A stretch of 64,000 nt of DNA from Candidatus Saccharimonadia bacterium (GTDB taxonomy: Bacteria; Patescibacteriota; Saccharimonadia; UBA4664). The first letter of the stretch is position 1, and every line of letters starts with the position of its first letter. The notes under the pieces are model-generated. The model saw nothing but the letters and a program-made list of their open reading frames with translations, was not told the origin of the DNA and did no database searches. Location: positions 89,148-153,147 of the forward strand of contig JBGTMQ010000003.1 in the NCBI GenBank assembly GCA_041743505.1. The letters run 5' to 3'. Below are positions 27,887 through 37,865 of the stretch, piece after piece. Position numbers and translations under genes: made by a program.

Positions 27887-28698
27887 TCATTCTACTACTT
27901 ATACAATTGACGCCACTTTACATAATGTCTATAATTTTGACAACTATGAACGACTACACCGCCCTTCTCGAACAATTTGGATTTTCCCCGAAACAGAGCG
28001 CCCTATACTTAGCCCTGCTCGAATTAGGTCAAGCTGACGTCGCTGATATCGCCCGCAAAGCCAATATCAAGCGACCCACCGCCTACGTTTTGCTTGGCGA
28101 CTTGCAGGAAAAAGGCTTTGTTAGCCTGCAAGAAGGCTCAAACCGCCAATACCAGGCCGAAGATCCTAGAAAAATACTGGCGTATCAGAAAGCCAAGGTA
28201 TCGCAGCTCGAAAAAGTCCTCCCGGGCATACTTGGGCTTGCCAGCCAAAGCGAACATAAACCAGGTACCCGTTTTTTCTCTGGCAAGGACGGCATTAAAG
28301 CCGTCTATGAAGAAAGCCTCCTCCAGCCAGCCGGCTCTGAAATGCTTGCCATCGGTATTGCCGAATCAGTCGAGCGTAGCATTGAAGACTTTCAAAATTG
28401 GTACATAAGACGCCGCACAAACAGCCGCATCACTATGAGAGCCATTATCCCATCCACCACAGAAGGGCTCAAAGTAGCCGCCCGCGACGTCCAAGAGTTA
28501 CGCGAAACTCGCTTGATCAAGCCAAAAGACTTCACCGAGCCAGTTGAACTAAATATTTATGGGAATAAAGTATCAGCCGTTTCATTCGTCGAAAATGAAC
28601 TAATTGGCGTCATCATAGAAAGCCAAGTTCTAGCCAACGTCCATCGGCAAATGTTTGAGTTGCTATGGAAGTCAGCCAAAAAACAAACCACCAAATAA
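27868..28698 (+). CDS. TrmB-family transcriptional regulator
   Basis: wHTH SPKQSALYLALLELGQADVADIARKANIKRPTAYVLL plus a TrmB C-domain. Its start overlaps the divergent alaX-like start by 19 nt. Confidence 0.6.
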   Translation: MSNILTIILLLIQLTPLYIMSIILTTMNDYTALLEQFGFSPKQSALYLALLELGQADVADIARKANIKRPTAYVLLGDLQEKGFVSLQEGSNRQYQAEDPRKILAYQKAKVSQLEKVLPGILGLASQSEHKPGTRFFSGKDGIKAVYEESLLQPAGSEMLAIGIAESVERSIEDFQNWYIRRRTNSRITMRAIIPSTTEGLKVAARDVQELRETRLIKPKDFTEPVELNIYGNKVSAVSFVENELIGVIIESQVLANVHRQMFELLWKSAKKQTTK

Positions 28699-28709
28699 TG
28701 TAGGCATAA

Positions 28710-28750
28710 CAACGCCGCCCTTGGGACTTGTAGTCCCGTAGGCGGCGTTT
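28710..28750. terminator. bidirectional hairpin terminator
   Basis: AACGCCGCC...GGCGGCGTT stem with a nested GGGACT/AGTCCC stem, lying between convergent genes. Confidence 0.5.
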
Positions 28751-28759
28751 ATCGTCAGC

Positions 28760-29158
28760 TTAGGCCGTAACAACCGCAGACGGTTCGAGCACAACATCGC
28801 CGTCCAAAAACGGTTGACAGTGTAGGATGCTCGACGTATAGGTCTGGATAACATTCGGCCACTCTTTGTCACGCATGTTCCCGATCAGCCAGTGGTTATC
28901 CGGGAAGTCACGCTCAACCTCAGCCAAGTTCCTGACTGTGCCTCCCAAGAAATACATTCCTGACCTGTTGAGCTCATCGCTGGTGAATGTCAAAACCTCA
29001 TCCGAGCCTTCAACGACATCGTAGAAGTAGAAGCCATAGGCACGATCCGGAACCTCTAGCACTTCGATGTCGCGCGAATCAACCTGTCGTTCAATTGACT
29101 CACTCACCAAGATACCAGGGAACCAGAACTTAGCGTAAGTCTGGCGTACAAATGCCAT
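28760..29158 (-). CDS. hypothetical protein
   Basis: 132-aa ORF with no recognisable motif. First gene of the tRNA-Pro-adjacent islet. Confidence 0.35.
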   Translation of the reverse strand: MAFVRQTYAKFWFPGILVSESIERQVDSRDIEVLEVPDRAYGFYFYDVVEGSDEVLTFTSDELNRSGMYFLGGTVRNLAEVERDFPDNHWLIGNMRDKEWPNVIQTYTSSILHCQPFLDGDVVLEPSAVVTA

Positions 29159-29401
29159 GACTGCCTCCTAGTTGTAGCTGACTACAGGTAGCAAAATACT
29201 ACCAGCCTGTGTAACAGTACCATGCAACAGCTTATTTGTCAATCAAACCGCCCTTCCGAAAAACTTCATTATCCTGACCGATTAACAGGCGCTTTTTTGA
29301 CGCAATTGTGCTATTTATAGCTTTTTACGTACGAGCTAACCACCTCATCAGGAGTGGCCATCCTGCCATGTCTATCCTGCAACCAATTTTGAAAACTATC
29401 A

Positions 29402-30169
29402 CTACTCACCCTTGAAACCCTCCAATGCAGCCAAGTCAGCCACGCAAACGCCACAATCACAGTTATTCTCAGCTATTGGCTGTCGCCCACCCATCGTTGA
29501 CGTTATGTGATCCATGATCGCCGACCAGTACCAATATTTTTCTTTTACTTCCGCCGCCGTCACAAAGTTCTTCACCAGCAGCGCCAAGTCTTTGTCCCAC
29601 ATTTCCAGATTATTAAGTATGTTTTTGCTACTCACCCACCATTTACCATTGAGTTTATAGTGTATTTTTAACAACTCCCCAATGTTGGCATGCATGGAAT
29701 AAAGTGATGCCACCGGATCATCACCTAAAGACCGCTCAACCTTGTTATTAGCATGGTAAAGCATAAACTGAAGATGCTGATAGTCCCTCTCGGTATATGG
29801 TTGCGCCTTAATATGCCAGACCTTCTGCTGCAAATCCGTTAGCTCGCCAGTTTTATCAAACACAATCACCCCGCGCATCAGGTAGGGTTCACGTACACCT
29901 TTAGTAGTATCGTTTTGGATAAATACTTCTACCTGCTTAAAGGAACGAAACGTAATATCCAACTTGTAATCATCGATGGTTGGGTGGTTGATGTTTTGGC
30001 ACGGATTATCTTCGTCAACAACTACCATTACATCAAGGTCACTTTTGGCCGTACTTGTTCCCTCTGCTACCGACCCAAAAATAAATGCAGCCTGATAACG
30101 CGAGTCAGCGCTCAAAGCTCCGATAGCCTCATAGCCCTTTGTAAATCTTGGCGATAAACCATCCATCAA
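29402..30169 (-). CDS. Pol-beta-superfamily nucleotidyltransferase (ANT/LinB/KNTase-like)
   Basis: FGSVAEGTSTAKSDLDVMVVVDED (GS-x9-DxD) nucleotidyltransferase motif followed by a helical substrate-binding domain. GC is about 45%. Confidence 0.55.
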   Translation of the reverse strand: MMDGLSPRFTKGYEAIGALSADSRYQAAFIFGSVAEGTSTAKSDLDVMVVVDEDNPCQNINHPTIDDYKLDITFRSFKQVEVFIQNDTTKGVREPYLMRGVIVFDKTGELTDLQQKVWHIKAQPYTERDYQHLQFMLYHANNKVERSLGDDPVASLYSMHANIGELLKIHYKLNGKWWVSSKNILNNLEMWDKDLALLVKNFVTAAEVKEKYWYWSAIMDHITSTMGGRQPIAENNCDCGVCVADLAALEGFKGE

Positions 30170-30591
30170 AGTAGCTCGGCTCTAATCTTCATCCATAGCC
30201 CACCCAAATGGTTTTCGCCTGCACCATCAGGTCCGATTCCCCAAAAATCATCATGCGGCGAATCCTCACCTATTACATCATGTCCGCTTCTAATAAGTGC
30301 TTCCCGAACTTCATCATGCTGTGCTAGCTTTGCGCGCAAAATCGCCTCCATTGCCCCCAACTTCACATCATCCCAATCCGTCCTGCGAGCAAACCGATAC
30401 CTTCTAGCCGCCTCTTTTGCCAGTACCGGGCTCCTGGCCAGCCGTATTTCGTCCTTGCCCTTTGGATCCGTGCATTTAGCAGCCTGATAAGCATGTTCCG
30501 AGGTTGGATACAGGACGCCATCTATCCCCACGGCATTAGCCGAGAAATTGTTCAAAACATCGTACCATTGGTTGTAAAAATAAATAGGCAT
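30166..30591 (-). CDS. NADAR-family protein (YbiA/DUF1768; NAD/ADP-ribose-related N-glycosidase)
   Basis: FYNQWY...F...YPTSEHAYQAAK signature. 4-nt overlap with the downstream nucleotidyltransferase. Confidence 0.65.
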   Translation of the reverse strand: MPIYFYNQWYDVLNNFSANAVGIDGVLYPTSEHAYQAAKCTDPKGKDEIRLARSPVLAKEAARRYRFARRTDWDDVKLGAMEAILRAKLAQHDEVREALIRSGHDVIGEDSPHDDFWGIGPDGAGENHLGGLWMKIRAELL

Positions 30592-30649
30592 GACCTTACT
30601 GTAACAAAAAAAGAGACTCGGTTGAGCCTCTTTTAAAGCATAAATTCCT

Positions 30650-30725
30650 TGGTCGGGGTGACAGGACTTGAACCTGCGACCTCACGGCCCCCAGCCGTAC
30701 GCGCTACCAACTGCGCCACACCCCG
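30650..30725 (-). tRNA. tRNA-Pro (GGG)
   Basis: Cloverleaf with acceptor CGGGGTG/CACCCCG, anticodon loop CUGGGGG (anticodon GGG, G37), T-loop TTCAAGT and an encoded CCA. A hairpin+U7 terminator follows. Confidence 0.85.
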
Positions 30726-30836
30726 GTATGTATTTTGACTCTAGCGAGCATAGCTCGAAACAGTCTTTTGCTCAAGTTATCACGCCCGCCGCCTACTTAA
30801 AAGCCGCCCCACTATATGTGAAGCGGCCAAACCGGG

Positions 30837-31841
30837 TCAATGCAGCGACATCAAATACAATGGGTCTTCAGCCGCCAGCAACATGTACAGCAATGCCGCC
30901 CTCACCCAAACCCCATTGCCGGCTTGCCGAAAGTAAGCTGCCTGCAAATCCTGGTCAACCGCCGGATCAATCTCGCTCGTCCGGGGCAACGGATGCATCA
31001 GAAGCCCTTGGGGCTTCATCCGCCGCATCCGGGCCGGGGTAATGCGAAACCGGGCCGCCACCTCAGCCGAAACAGCCGTACCTTCGGCCATCCGCTCCAG
31101 CTGCGCGCGCGTTGTGTACACCACATCAGCCTCAGGCAACGCATCGTCAAGGCAGTCCGTCTCGTCCCACCTGGTCCCGTTGCGGTCAAGGTAGGCCGTC
31201 AAACCATCCTCCGGGTCATCAAACCGGCCAATCTCGAGGCCGGGTGGCGCCACAAATATCAATCGGTTGTCACGATATTTGGCCAACAGGTAGGCCAGCG
31301 ACCGGGCTGTCCGGCCATGAGCTAGGTCGCCGGTCATGACAACGGTCAAACCACCCAGCCGGCACAACTCCTCCTGAATCGTATAAGTATCCAGCACCGC
31401 CTGTGTTGGATGGTATCCTTTGCCATCGCCGGCGTTAATAATCGACACCGTACTTGCCGCCGCCGCCTCAGCCGCCGCCCCTTCCTGGGAATGCCGCAGC
31501 ACAATCACGGCCGGACGGTACTCGCAGTACGTTCGGATGCTATCGGCCAGAGTTTCGCCCTTAGCCGCCGATGAGAACATCCCCGCGCTGTCCGTGGTCA
31601 CCATATCCATGCCCAGCATTCGCTCGGCCACTTCAAACGAAAACCGGGTCCGCGTCGAAGGCTCATAGAACACATTAAAGGCCTGCTTGCCACACAGCAA
31701 CTCCCGCAGCCTCTCTTTGCCCGCTGGTCGCTCGAACATCGCCCGGATTTGGTCCGCTAAACTAAACACCACATCTAGTCGCCCGGTCGTAAAGTCCTGA
31801 GGCTGGATAATGTGGCTTAATGTGGCTGTCACACGTCCCAC
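30837..31841 (-). CDS. pyrB: aspartate carbamoyltransferase catalytic subunit
   Basis: YEPSTRTRFSFE and HPLP motifs. Confidence 0.85.
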   Translation of the reverse strand: MGRVTATLSHIIQPQDFTTGRLDVVFSLADQIRAMFERPAGKERLRELLCGKQAFNVFYEPSTRTRFSFEVAERMLGMDMVTTDSAGMFSSAAKGETLADSIRTYCEYRPAVIVLRHSQEGAAAEAAAASTVSIINAGDGKGYHPTQAVLDTYTIQEELCRLGGLTVVMTGDLAHGRTARSLAYLLAKYRDNRLIFVAPPGLEIGRFDDPEDGLTAYLDRNGTRWDETDCLDDALPEADVVYTTRAQLERMAEGTAVSAEVAARFRITPARMRRMKPQGLLMHPLPRTSEIDPAVDQDLQAAYFRQAGNGVWVRAALLYMLLAAEDPLYLMSLH

Positions 31842-31915
31842 CCTTCTTCAAGAAATGAGGGTCCCCGCGAGCATAGCTTTAAAAACCCACTAACTCAAGC
31901 ATCAGAAATAAGCTT

Positions 31916-32767
31916 CTACTCGCTAGTTCCCTCTAACTCATTTTCCAGCTTCATCACGTAGTCCACACACGAATAACCGCCATCAATCACAATCGTAGCC
32001 CCCGTAATAAACGCCGCCCGGTCGCTCAATAAAAACTCCGTCAGATCCGCCACCTCCTCCGGGCGGCCTTTGCGCCCCAAAGGGGTCAGCTTCTCGGCCT
32101 CCCCCTCCACCTCAGTATCCATAGCCGTATCAACCCAGCCCGGCGCCACCGCGTTCACCCGGATCCGCCGCGAACCCAGGTTATTGGCCAGGCTCTTGGT
32201 CAAATTCATCAGAGCAGCCTTACTGGCCGAATATCCCACACTCGCAAAGGTCCCAATAAACCCGTCTGTACTGGCAATATTCACCACCACGCCACCGTCC
32301 ACCAAATTATGTTGCAGCCCGGCCGTCAGTAACATCGGCGCCCCCAGGTTCACTTCCATCGTTTTATCCCATTGCTCCATCTGATAGTCACCAAATTTCT
32401 GAAAATCAATCGTCCCCGCATTGTTAACAATTGCGTTCAAACGCCGCCCCTTCATTAGATCCATAAAACCCACGCTCTCACTCCGCCGACTAAAATCTAC
32501 CTGAAAGAACTCCACGTCGCCCAGCTCACGCTGTAGCTCCAATGATTCTTTCACGCCCAGGTTATACGTACCCAACACCCGGTACCCTCCCCGGCTGAGC
32601 CGCTCACAAATCGCTCGGCCAATCCCGCGGGATACTCCCGTCACTAAGGCCGTCTTGTCTTTAATATGGCTGTCTGTCGATATAGACATAATTCGTAAGT
32701 TGTATACAACGTTATTATGTCCTAATATAAGGGATAACATCCAATCTGTACATAAGGACCCCGACAA
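31916..32767 (-). CDS. SDR-family oxidoreductase
   Basis: TGVSRGIGRAI Rossmann motif and YSASKAA catalytic motif. Confidence 0.75.
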   Translation of the reverse strand: MSGSLCTDWMLSLILGHNNVVYNLRIMSISTDSHIKDKTALVTGVSRGIGRAICERLSRGGYRVLGTYNLGVKESLELQRELGDVEFFQVDFSRRSESVGFMDLMKGRRLNAIVNNAGTIDFQKFGDYQMEQWDKTMEVNLGAPMLLTAGLQHNLVDGGVVVNIASTDGFIGTFASVGYSASKAALMNLTKSLANNLGSRRIRVNAVAPGWVDTAMDTEVEGEAEKLTPLGRKGRPEEVADLTEFLLSDRAAFITGATIVIDGGYSCVDYVMKLENELEGTSE

Positions 32768-32769
32768 GC

Positions 32770-33582
32770 ATGTCTACCAAAATGGACAATATCACCAATG
32801 ATCTGACGCTTCTGGGCCTCACTCAGGATGAAGCCACGGTTTACCTAACGCTACTGCAAAACGACGCCCTCTCGCCGCTTGAACTCAGCCGCGTAACCAA
32901 AATTGGCCGCAGCAAAGTCTACCGCCTACTCGAACGTCTGCATGACGCCGGCCTGTCTCAGAGCCAGATTATCAACGGCAAACTCAGATTCCGGGCCCAA
33001 CCCTACCAATACCTTGAGGGGCTCATCAGGCAGCAAGAGGTCAAGACCTCCGAACTCAAGCGCGCCCTGCCCAGCATGTTCGGCGACATCGCCAACTTAC
33101 TCAGCAACGACGGCCTCGGTTCGCGTATCCATTATTACTCAGGACCCGAAGGGCTCAAGCAAGTCACACTCAACTCATTAGAAGCCAAAAACGAATTACT
33201 AATCTTTGAAATCAAAGATTTGGGAGCCTTCCTCGACTTCGGATTCGCCGAAGAAGTCCGCCGCGATTTCGTGCAGCACGACGTTCGTGTTCGCGAAATC
33301 TCCAGCGAACCCGAGGTAACCCCATGGACCAAAGTTACCGAATTCGCCACCAAGCACTGGAACTGCCGCTACATTGACCCAGGCGACCTCGAGATCGAGG
33401 TCGAAGTGCTCATCTACAATCACACCGTCGCCATGTACAACTACCACCAAGGAGAAATATTCTGCATCGAAATCCAAAGCCGGGCTATCGCCAACATGCA
33501 GCGCCAGCTATTCAATTTTGTCTGGAACAAAGCCACGCCCATGCGCAAGATCGGCAACGAGGGCGCCGCTAAGCTTGCTTAG
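32770..33582 (+). CDS. TrmB-family transcriptional regulator
   Basis: wHTH TQDEATVYLTLLQNDALSPLELSRVTKIGRSKVYRLLERL plus a TrmB C-domain. Third paralog in the window. Confidence 0.55.
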   Translation: MSTKMDNITNDLTLLGLTQDEATVYLTLLQNDALSPLELSRVTKIGRSKVYRLLERLHDAGLSQSQIINGKLRFRAQPYQYLEGLIRQQEVKTSELKRALPSMFGDIANLLSNDGLGSRIHYYSGPEGLKQVTLNSLEAKNELLIFEIKDLGAFLDFGFAEEVRRDFVQHDVRVREISSEPEVTPWTKVTEFATKHWNCRYIDPGDLEIEVEVLIYNHTVAMYNYHQGEIFCIEIQSRAIANMQRQLFNFVWNKATPMRKIGNEGAAKLA

Positions 33583-33591
33583 GCAGCCCAA

Positions 33592-34023
33592 CTACCGCCC
33601 ACTAGAACCAAATCCACCGCCACTGCGCGTAGTCTCATCCAGCTCACTCACCTCTTCCCACTCCGCCTGCTCAACCCGCGCTACCACCACCTGAGCAATC
33701 CGGTCGCCATCCTGCACTGTATACGGCTCATGCGACAAGTTCACGAGTATTACCAGCCATTCACCCCGGTAATCAGCGTCAATCGTCGCCGGTGAGTTCA
33801 CAATGCTAATGCCGTGCTTCGCCGCCAGCCCGCTCCGCGGCCGAATCTGCCCCTCATACCCCTCGGGCAATGCCATATGTAGCCCAGTCGGTATCAACGC
33901 GCGCTCCAAACTACCCAATGTCACGGCCGACTCCAGATTGGCCGTCAAATCAAACGCCGCCGCCCCTGGAGTCTGATAGCTCGGCAACGGATGCTTACCT
34001 GTATTCTTAATCGGTATCTTCAT
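33592..34023 (-). CDS. dut: dUTP diphosphatase
   Basis: GAAAFDL, RPRSGLAAKHGI and IDADYRGE dUTPase motifs. Confidence 0.85.
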   Translation of the reverse strand: MKIPIKNTGKHPLPSYQTPGAAAFDLTANLESAVTLGSLERALIPTGLHMALPEGYEGQIRPRSGLAAKHGISIVNSPATIDADYRGEWLVILVNLSHEPYTVQDGDRIAQVVVARVEQAEWEEVSELDETTRSGGGFGSSGR

Positions 34024-34164
34024 AATTCACTCTTCGTCACTGCCTATGGTAATACACTAGATCAGCTAGACAAAGCTTTGCTATTTACGGGCTGAGATGG
34101 TAAGGTAACAACCGCTCCAGCCTCTGTCCTACCAACTTTCAACTGGTCAGAAAGCGAGTCAGCG

Positions 34165-34536
34165 ATGCGCGTGTCTGTAATAGGTTGTTCCAAGTTGTTC
34201 GTCTGTGCCAGCCTTCTAGTTAGTGGTGCAACGAGCGCCCTCATTGTCGCCCGGCAACTCAAAATTAATGAGGTTGAGGAGCGCTTTCGAGTAATCGGCC
34301 AGGAAATAGAAAAGTTACCCGAATGGCATCTGGTTCACCGGACCTTTGACACAGACTACTTCATCTACTATTTTCGGATTCGCGACTCCAGTACTTCAGT
34401 CTTCCTCGTCATGAACCGAAAACGACCGAAGGTTAACTTCTACGCTCGGCCAGAATACCGCTCGCAAGCTATCAGCCTGCGTGAGCAGCTCAAATCAATC
34501 AACTGGGCATACGACGTCCCCGTCGGGTCATTTTAA
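34165..34536 (+). CDS. hypothetical secreted protein
   Basis: Signal-like N-terminus. Followed by a GCGGCCGCAGGC/GCCTGCGGCCG hairpin at 34575-34601. Confidence 0.35.
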   Translation: MRVSVIGCSKLFVCASLLVSGATSALIVARQLKINEVEERFRVIGQEIEKLPEWHLVHRTFDTDYFIYYFRIRDSSTSVFLVMNRKRPKVNFYARPEYRSQAISLREQLKSINWAYDVPVGSF

Positions 34537-34969
34537 AAATGGTATCCCACTAGCGATACTACGCCCTCAACCCGCGGCCGCAGGCACCATGCCTGCGGCC
34601 GTATCCACTTCAATACACAATAAATTCACACTCCGCGCCACCGTCTGGCTTACCAACTTTTCCCTGCGAAATCGCAGGTGGGTGCCCGCAGCCACTCGGC
34701 CCACGAGCCAGGGCAATCTAGAGCTCCCGTTGGTAAAAGTACAGAGAAAAATGTTCAGCCGCTCGCGAATGGCGCAGAGACACCTTCATTGTATCCGTTG
34801 GCACCCCCACCGCCAAGCATGTATAAAGAACTCTTTATAGGGTCAGTTCAAAACAATAACTAATCAGCCTCCAGGACGCGATCTATGACACTTTCATTTC
34901 TATTGACAAATATAGTCACTATATGGTATAATAGAGTTTGTCGAATGTTGAAAACACGGACTTCCGGGA

Positions 34970-35356
34970 ATGCTCCGGAGAAAGCAGGCTACAATGGCCA
35001 ACGTCATTCTGCTCTGCCTCGCCATCGGTTTTCTATCCGGCCTAGCCGCCGGCGCTGCGCAGTGGCACAAACCCGGCCCAAGCCGGATCGAGAAAGCCTA
35101 TCAGGAGCTCATCACCGCGATCACATCGCTGGACGGCTGGAAAGTCAACTTAACTGGTAACAACCTGGCGGAACTCCGGTTCAACGGCAGTGAATGCGTC
35201 TTCTTTCTCAGCTTGCGCCGGAGCGAGAAACTGATCTCCATCCTCAGCACCCCGCAGTACGCCGAGCGCGTCTACGCCCTGATGGATGATCTTCACCCTT
35301 CAGGCATCCCCGCCGACATCGAGGTCGTCATGTCCGACAGGCATCTCCCCATCTAG
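34970..35356 (+). CDS. hypothetical secreted protein
   Basis: Canonical TTGACA-17-TATAAT promoter at about 34903-34932. Signal peptide follows the likely start MANVILL (34994). A GGCCGCAG hairpin follows at 35377-35403. Confidence 0.35.
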   Translation: MLRRKQATMANVILLCLAIGFLSGLAAGAAQWHKPGPSRIEKAYQELITAITSLDGWKVNLTGNNLAELRFNGSECVFFLSLRRSEKLISILSTPQYAERVYALMDDLHPSGIPADIEVVMSDRHLPI

Positions 35357-35417
35357 TCCACGCAACATTCGCCCCTATGGCCGCAGCTAACCCCTGCGGC
35401 CATTTACGTTACCCGCA

Positions 35418-36056
35418 TTAAGGGAACGGGGTTGGAACTATCAGATTGGTCAAAAATCGCGTTACTTCAAAGAGAACCGGCGCAATAAACTGGTAACCCA
35501 GCAGGATGACCAAAAATATAATCATCAAGCCGGCCTGCTCAAGCTTGTCCATAGCTTGGCGCAAGCCCGACGGCGCCACAGCATATAGCAGCCGCGAACC
35601 ATCCAACGGCGGAAACGGAATCATATTAAACACAAACAGCGCAATATTCACCGTCACCAGCGCCCCCAAAAACTGCCCGGAAAGCTCATTAACCGGCATA
35701 AACCGCAACCATAAGCCAAAAAATATGGCTAGAAACAGGTTTGTGAACGGCCCGGCCAGCGCCACCAGGGCAGCACCCCAGCGTCCTCCGCGAACAGCCC
35801 ACGGGTTAAACGGCACCGGCTTAGCGGCAGCCAACACCGGCGCACCAAGCAAAATAAGCACCAGCGGCAACGCCAACGTCATAAACGGATCTATATGCGA
35901 CAACGGGTTAAGCGTCAGCCTGCCCTGGTCACGCGCCGTGCTATCACCCAGGTAGTGCCCCATCAGGGCGTGCGCAAATTCGTGCAGCGTCAGGGCAATA
36001 AGAAGCGCCACAAGTGACGCTACAATAGTGATTGGATCGAGTCCCATACAGCCCAT
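35418..36056 (-). CDS. M50-family (site-2 protease-like) zinc metalloprotease
   Basis: HEFAHALMGH (HExxH) inside a polytopic membrane protein. Confidence 0.6.
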   Translation of the reverse strand: MGCMGLDPITIVASLVALLIALTLHEFAHALMGHYLGDSTARDQGRLTLNPLSHIDPFMTLALPLVLILLGAPVLAAAKPVPFNPWAVRGGRWGAALVALAGPFTNLFLAIFFGLWLRFMPVNELSGQFLGALVTVNIALFVFNMIPFPPLDGSRLLYAVAPSGLRQAMDKLEQAGLMIIFLVILLGYQFIAPVLFEVTRFLTNLIVPTPFP

Positions 36057-36137
36057 TATAGCATTATCAATGCCTACGCGTTGACTTATTGGCTGGGTTC
36101 CGCTAGACTACGAAAGTTGTTTTAAGGATATTTCGCC

Positions 36138-36398
36138 ATGGCCTACGCCTGCGACATCTGTAATAAGGGCAAGCAGTTCGGCCACAACGTGCCGTTCTCG
36201 CAGAAAAAGACCAACAAGGTCTGGAAACCAAATCTGCAACGCCAGCGCATTAGCATCGGATCCAACAGGATCCAGGTGAAGCTATGCACGTCCTGCATCC
36301 GCACTCTCGCTAAATACCAGCGTGAAGCAGCGGCTAAAACCGCTGCTCCCGCCGAAGTACAGGCTGAAGCCAAAACACCGGCCAAAGCCGCCGCATAA
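36138..36398 (+). CDS. rpmB: 50S ribosomal protein L28 with an Ala/Lys-rich C-terminal tail
   Basis: MAYACDICNKGKQFGHNVPFSQKKTNKVWKPNLQ is canonical L28. An extra AAAKTAAPAEVQAEAKTPAKAAA tail follows. Confidence 0.8.
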   Translation: MAYACDICNKGKQFGHNVPFSQKKTNKVWKPNLQRQRISIGSNRIQVKLCTSCIRTLAKYQREAAAKTAAPAEVQAEAKTPAKAAA

Positions 36399-36558
36399 TC
36401 AGCCCAGCCAAACAAAACCGTGGCCCTCGGGCCCTTTTTTGTTTTGAGTTTGCTACTTGATATATAGGCCAAATAGTGTTACAATAGACAATCGTTCTTT
36501 CACCTTTACATCGCGCTACCGCCAAACGCCCACAAACCACGCCCGGAATGGAGCAGTC

Positions 36559-37074
36559 ATGACCATCGTTTCACCAGACAAGTACCGCGTTACCGCCGGC
36601 GACATCGCCGGGGCCATAATGATGTGCATCGTTCCACTGATCGGTGTAATTTGCCTGTTCTGGCTCTCCATCATTAACTTGAGCACACCAGATTCCAGCG
36701 CCGGCGACTACGTTACCCTTGTGATAGCCTGCATATTTACCCCGGTTACCCTTTGGGTCATCTGGAGCGAAATCACCAAGACCCGGGCTTTGCCCAAAAA
36801 ACGACACGCCGCCGATCAGGCCGAGCTGGATTGGAAGATTCTATTAAAGGCCTTCCCGGCGCACGACACGCACGCCATCGAACAAGTCTACCGCGATGAA
36901 GACTTCGAAGTCTTCATCGTCAACCGGCACCCGACCCAACGCATTATCTGCCACCATAGCTACGCTACTATTCGGATCAGACCCGAAGGCAAAACAGCCA
37001 TCGAAGCCACCTCAGCCGTACTAGAAAGGCTTGATGAGGCCAACAAAACCCACATCACAGTCGTGGACGCATAA
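36559..37074 (+). CDS. hypothetical 2-TM membrane protein (paralog A)
   Basis: TTGATA..TGTTACAAT promoter and a GGAG SD before the ATG at 36559. Two TM helices then a soluble domain. Confidence 0.4.
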   Translation: MTIVSPDKYRVTAGDIAGAIMMCIVPLIGVICLFWLSIINLSTPDSSAGDYVTLVIACIFTPVTLWVIWSEITKTRALPKKRHAADQAELDWKILLKAFPAHDTHAIEQVYRDEDFEVFIVNRHPTQRIICHHSYATIRIRPEGKTAIEATSAVLERLDEANKTHITVVDA

Positions 37075-37102
37075 GACCACCACAAGCCCCCCCAACCGAC
37101 CA

Positions 37103-37133
37103 GGCCGCAAGCTTCGCTTGCGGCCATTTTTTT
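37103..37133 (+). terminator. rho-independent terminator
   Basis: GGCCGCAAGCTTCGCTTGCGGCC stem-loop followed by T7. Confidence 0.6.
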
Positions 37134-37239
37134 ATCCGCGCAAGCTACACCAGGCCTTCCTTGCTTGATTAGCAATACAAAAATGGTATAATAAGTCTTT
37201 AGTCTTGTCGCTCTTCAACTGAACCTCCAGGGAGGAACC

Positions 37240-37800
37240 GTGTCAGCCAAGACCGAAGCACCACTCAAAAGCCAGCGCCGACTGACCCTGACCACAGCCT
37301 TCCCCCAGGCAATAGCAGTAGGCAGCCTCGCATGGATAACAGTTATCATGAGCATCTGGCCAAGTTCACCAGATGAACCAGGCATTTTGGTCGGACTCCT
37401 GGGCTTAGCAGCTATCGTGTTTTTCATGGGCGGCATGATCGCCGGATTACTTGGAGAACGGCGCATACGCAGACAGCGAGTCACCTTCGAGCGTTATCTG
37501 GCCGAGCTTGCTCGCTTCAAAGTCGTCGAACTCGTCAATCAACCACTCTACGACAAGGCCAACGCCGTCGCAGTCCACACGCTGGCCGGCGACAGCGAAG
37601 CCAGGATTATCACCGTGCTGGCAGATAATGGCGTAACCGTCAGGAGCAGCCAGAATGCCTGGCCAGCCGCCGCCGGTGCCGCCGGTAAAGTCTTCGAGGG
37701 ACAGCCATGGCCGAGTTACTTCAGCATCAACCACCTCGGCGAGCCAGCTACCGACGCCCCCGAAAACGCCGTCACCAGCCTCGAATACAAGGGGTCCTAG
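37240..37800 (+). CDS. hypothetical 2-TM membrane protein (paralog B)
   Basis: TTGATT-17-TATAAT promoter at about 37164-37195. Same TM-TM-basic-soluble architecture as paralog A. Confidence 0.4.
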   Translation: MSAKTEAPLKSQRRLTLTTAFPQAIAVGSLAWITVIMSIWPSSPDEPGILVGLLGLAAIVFFMGGMIAGLLGERRIRRQRVTFERYLAELARFKVVELVNQPLYDKANAVAVHTLAGDSEARIITVLADNGVTVRSSQNAWPAAAGAAGKVFEGQPWPSYFSINHLGEPATDAPENAVTSLEYKGS

Positions 37801-37836
37801 AAGTATCGGCTCCTGAGACGGCTACCAACCTGTATA

Positions 37837-37865
37837 GGCCGCAAGCTTCGCTTGCGGCCGTTTTT
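37837..37865 (+). terminator. rho-independent terminator
   Basis: Identical 23-nt GGCCGCAAGCTTCGCTTGCGGCC stem-loop followed by T5. Confidence 0.6.
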
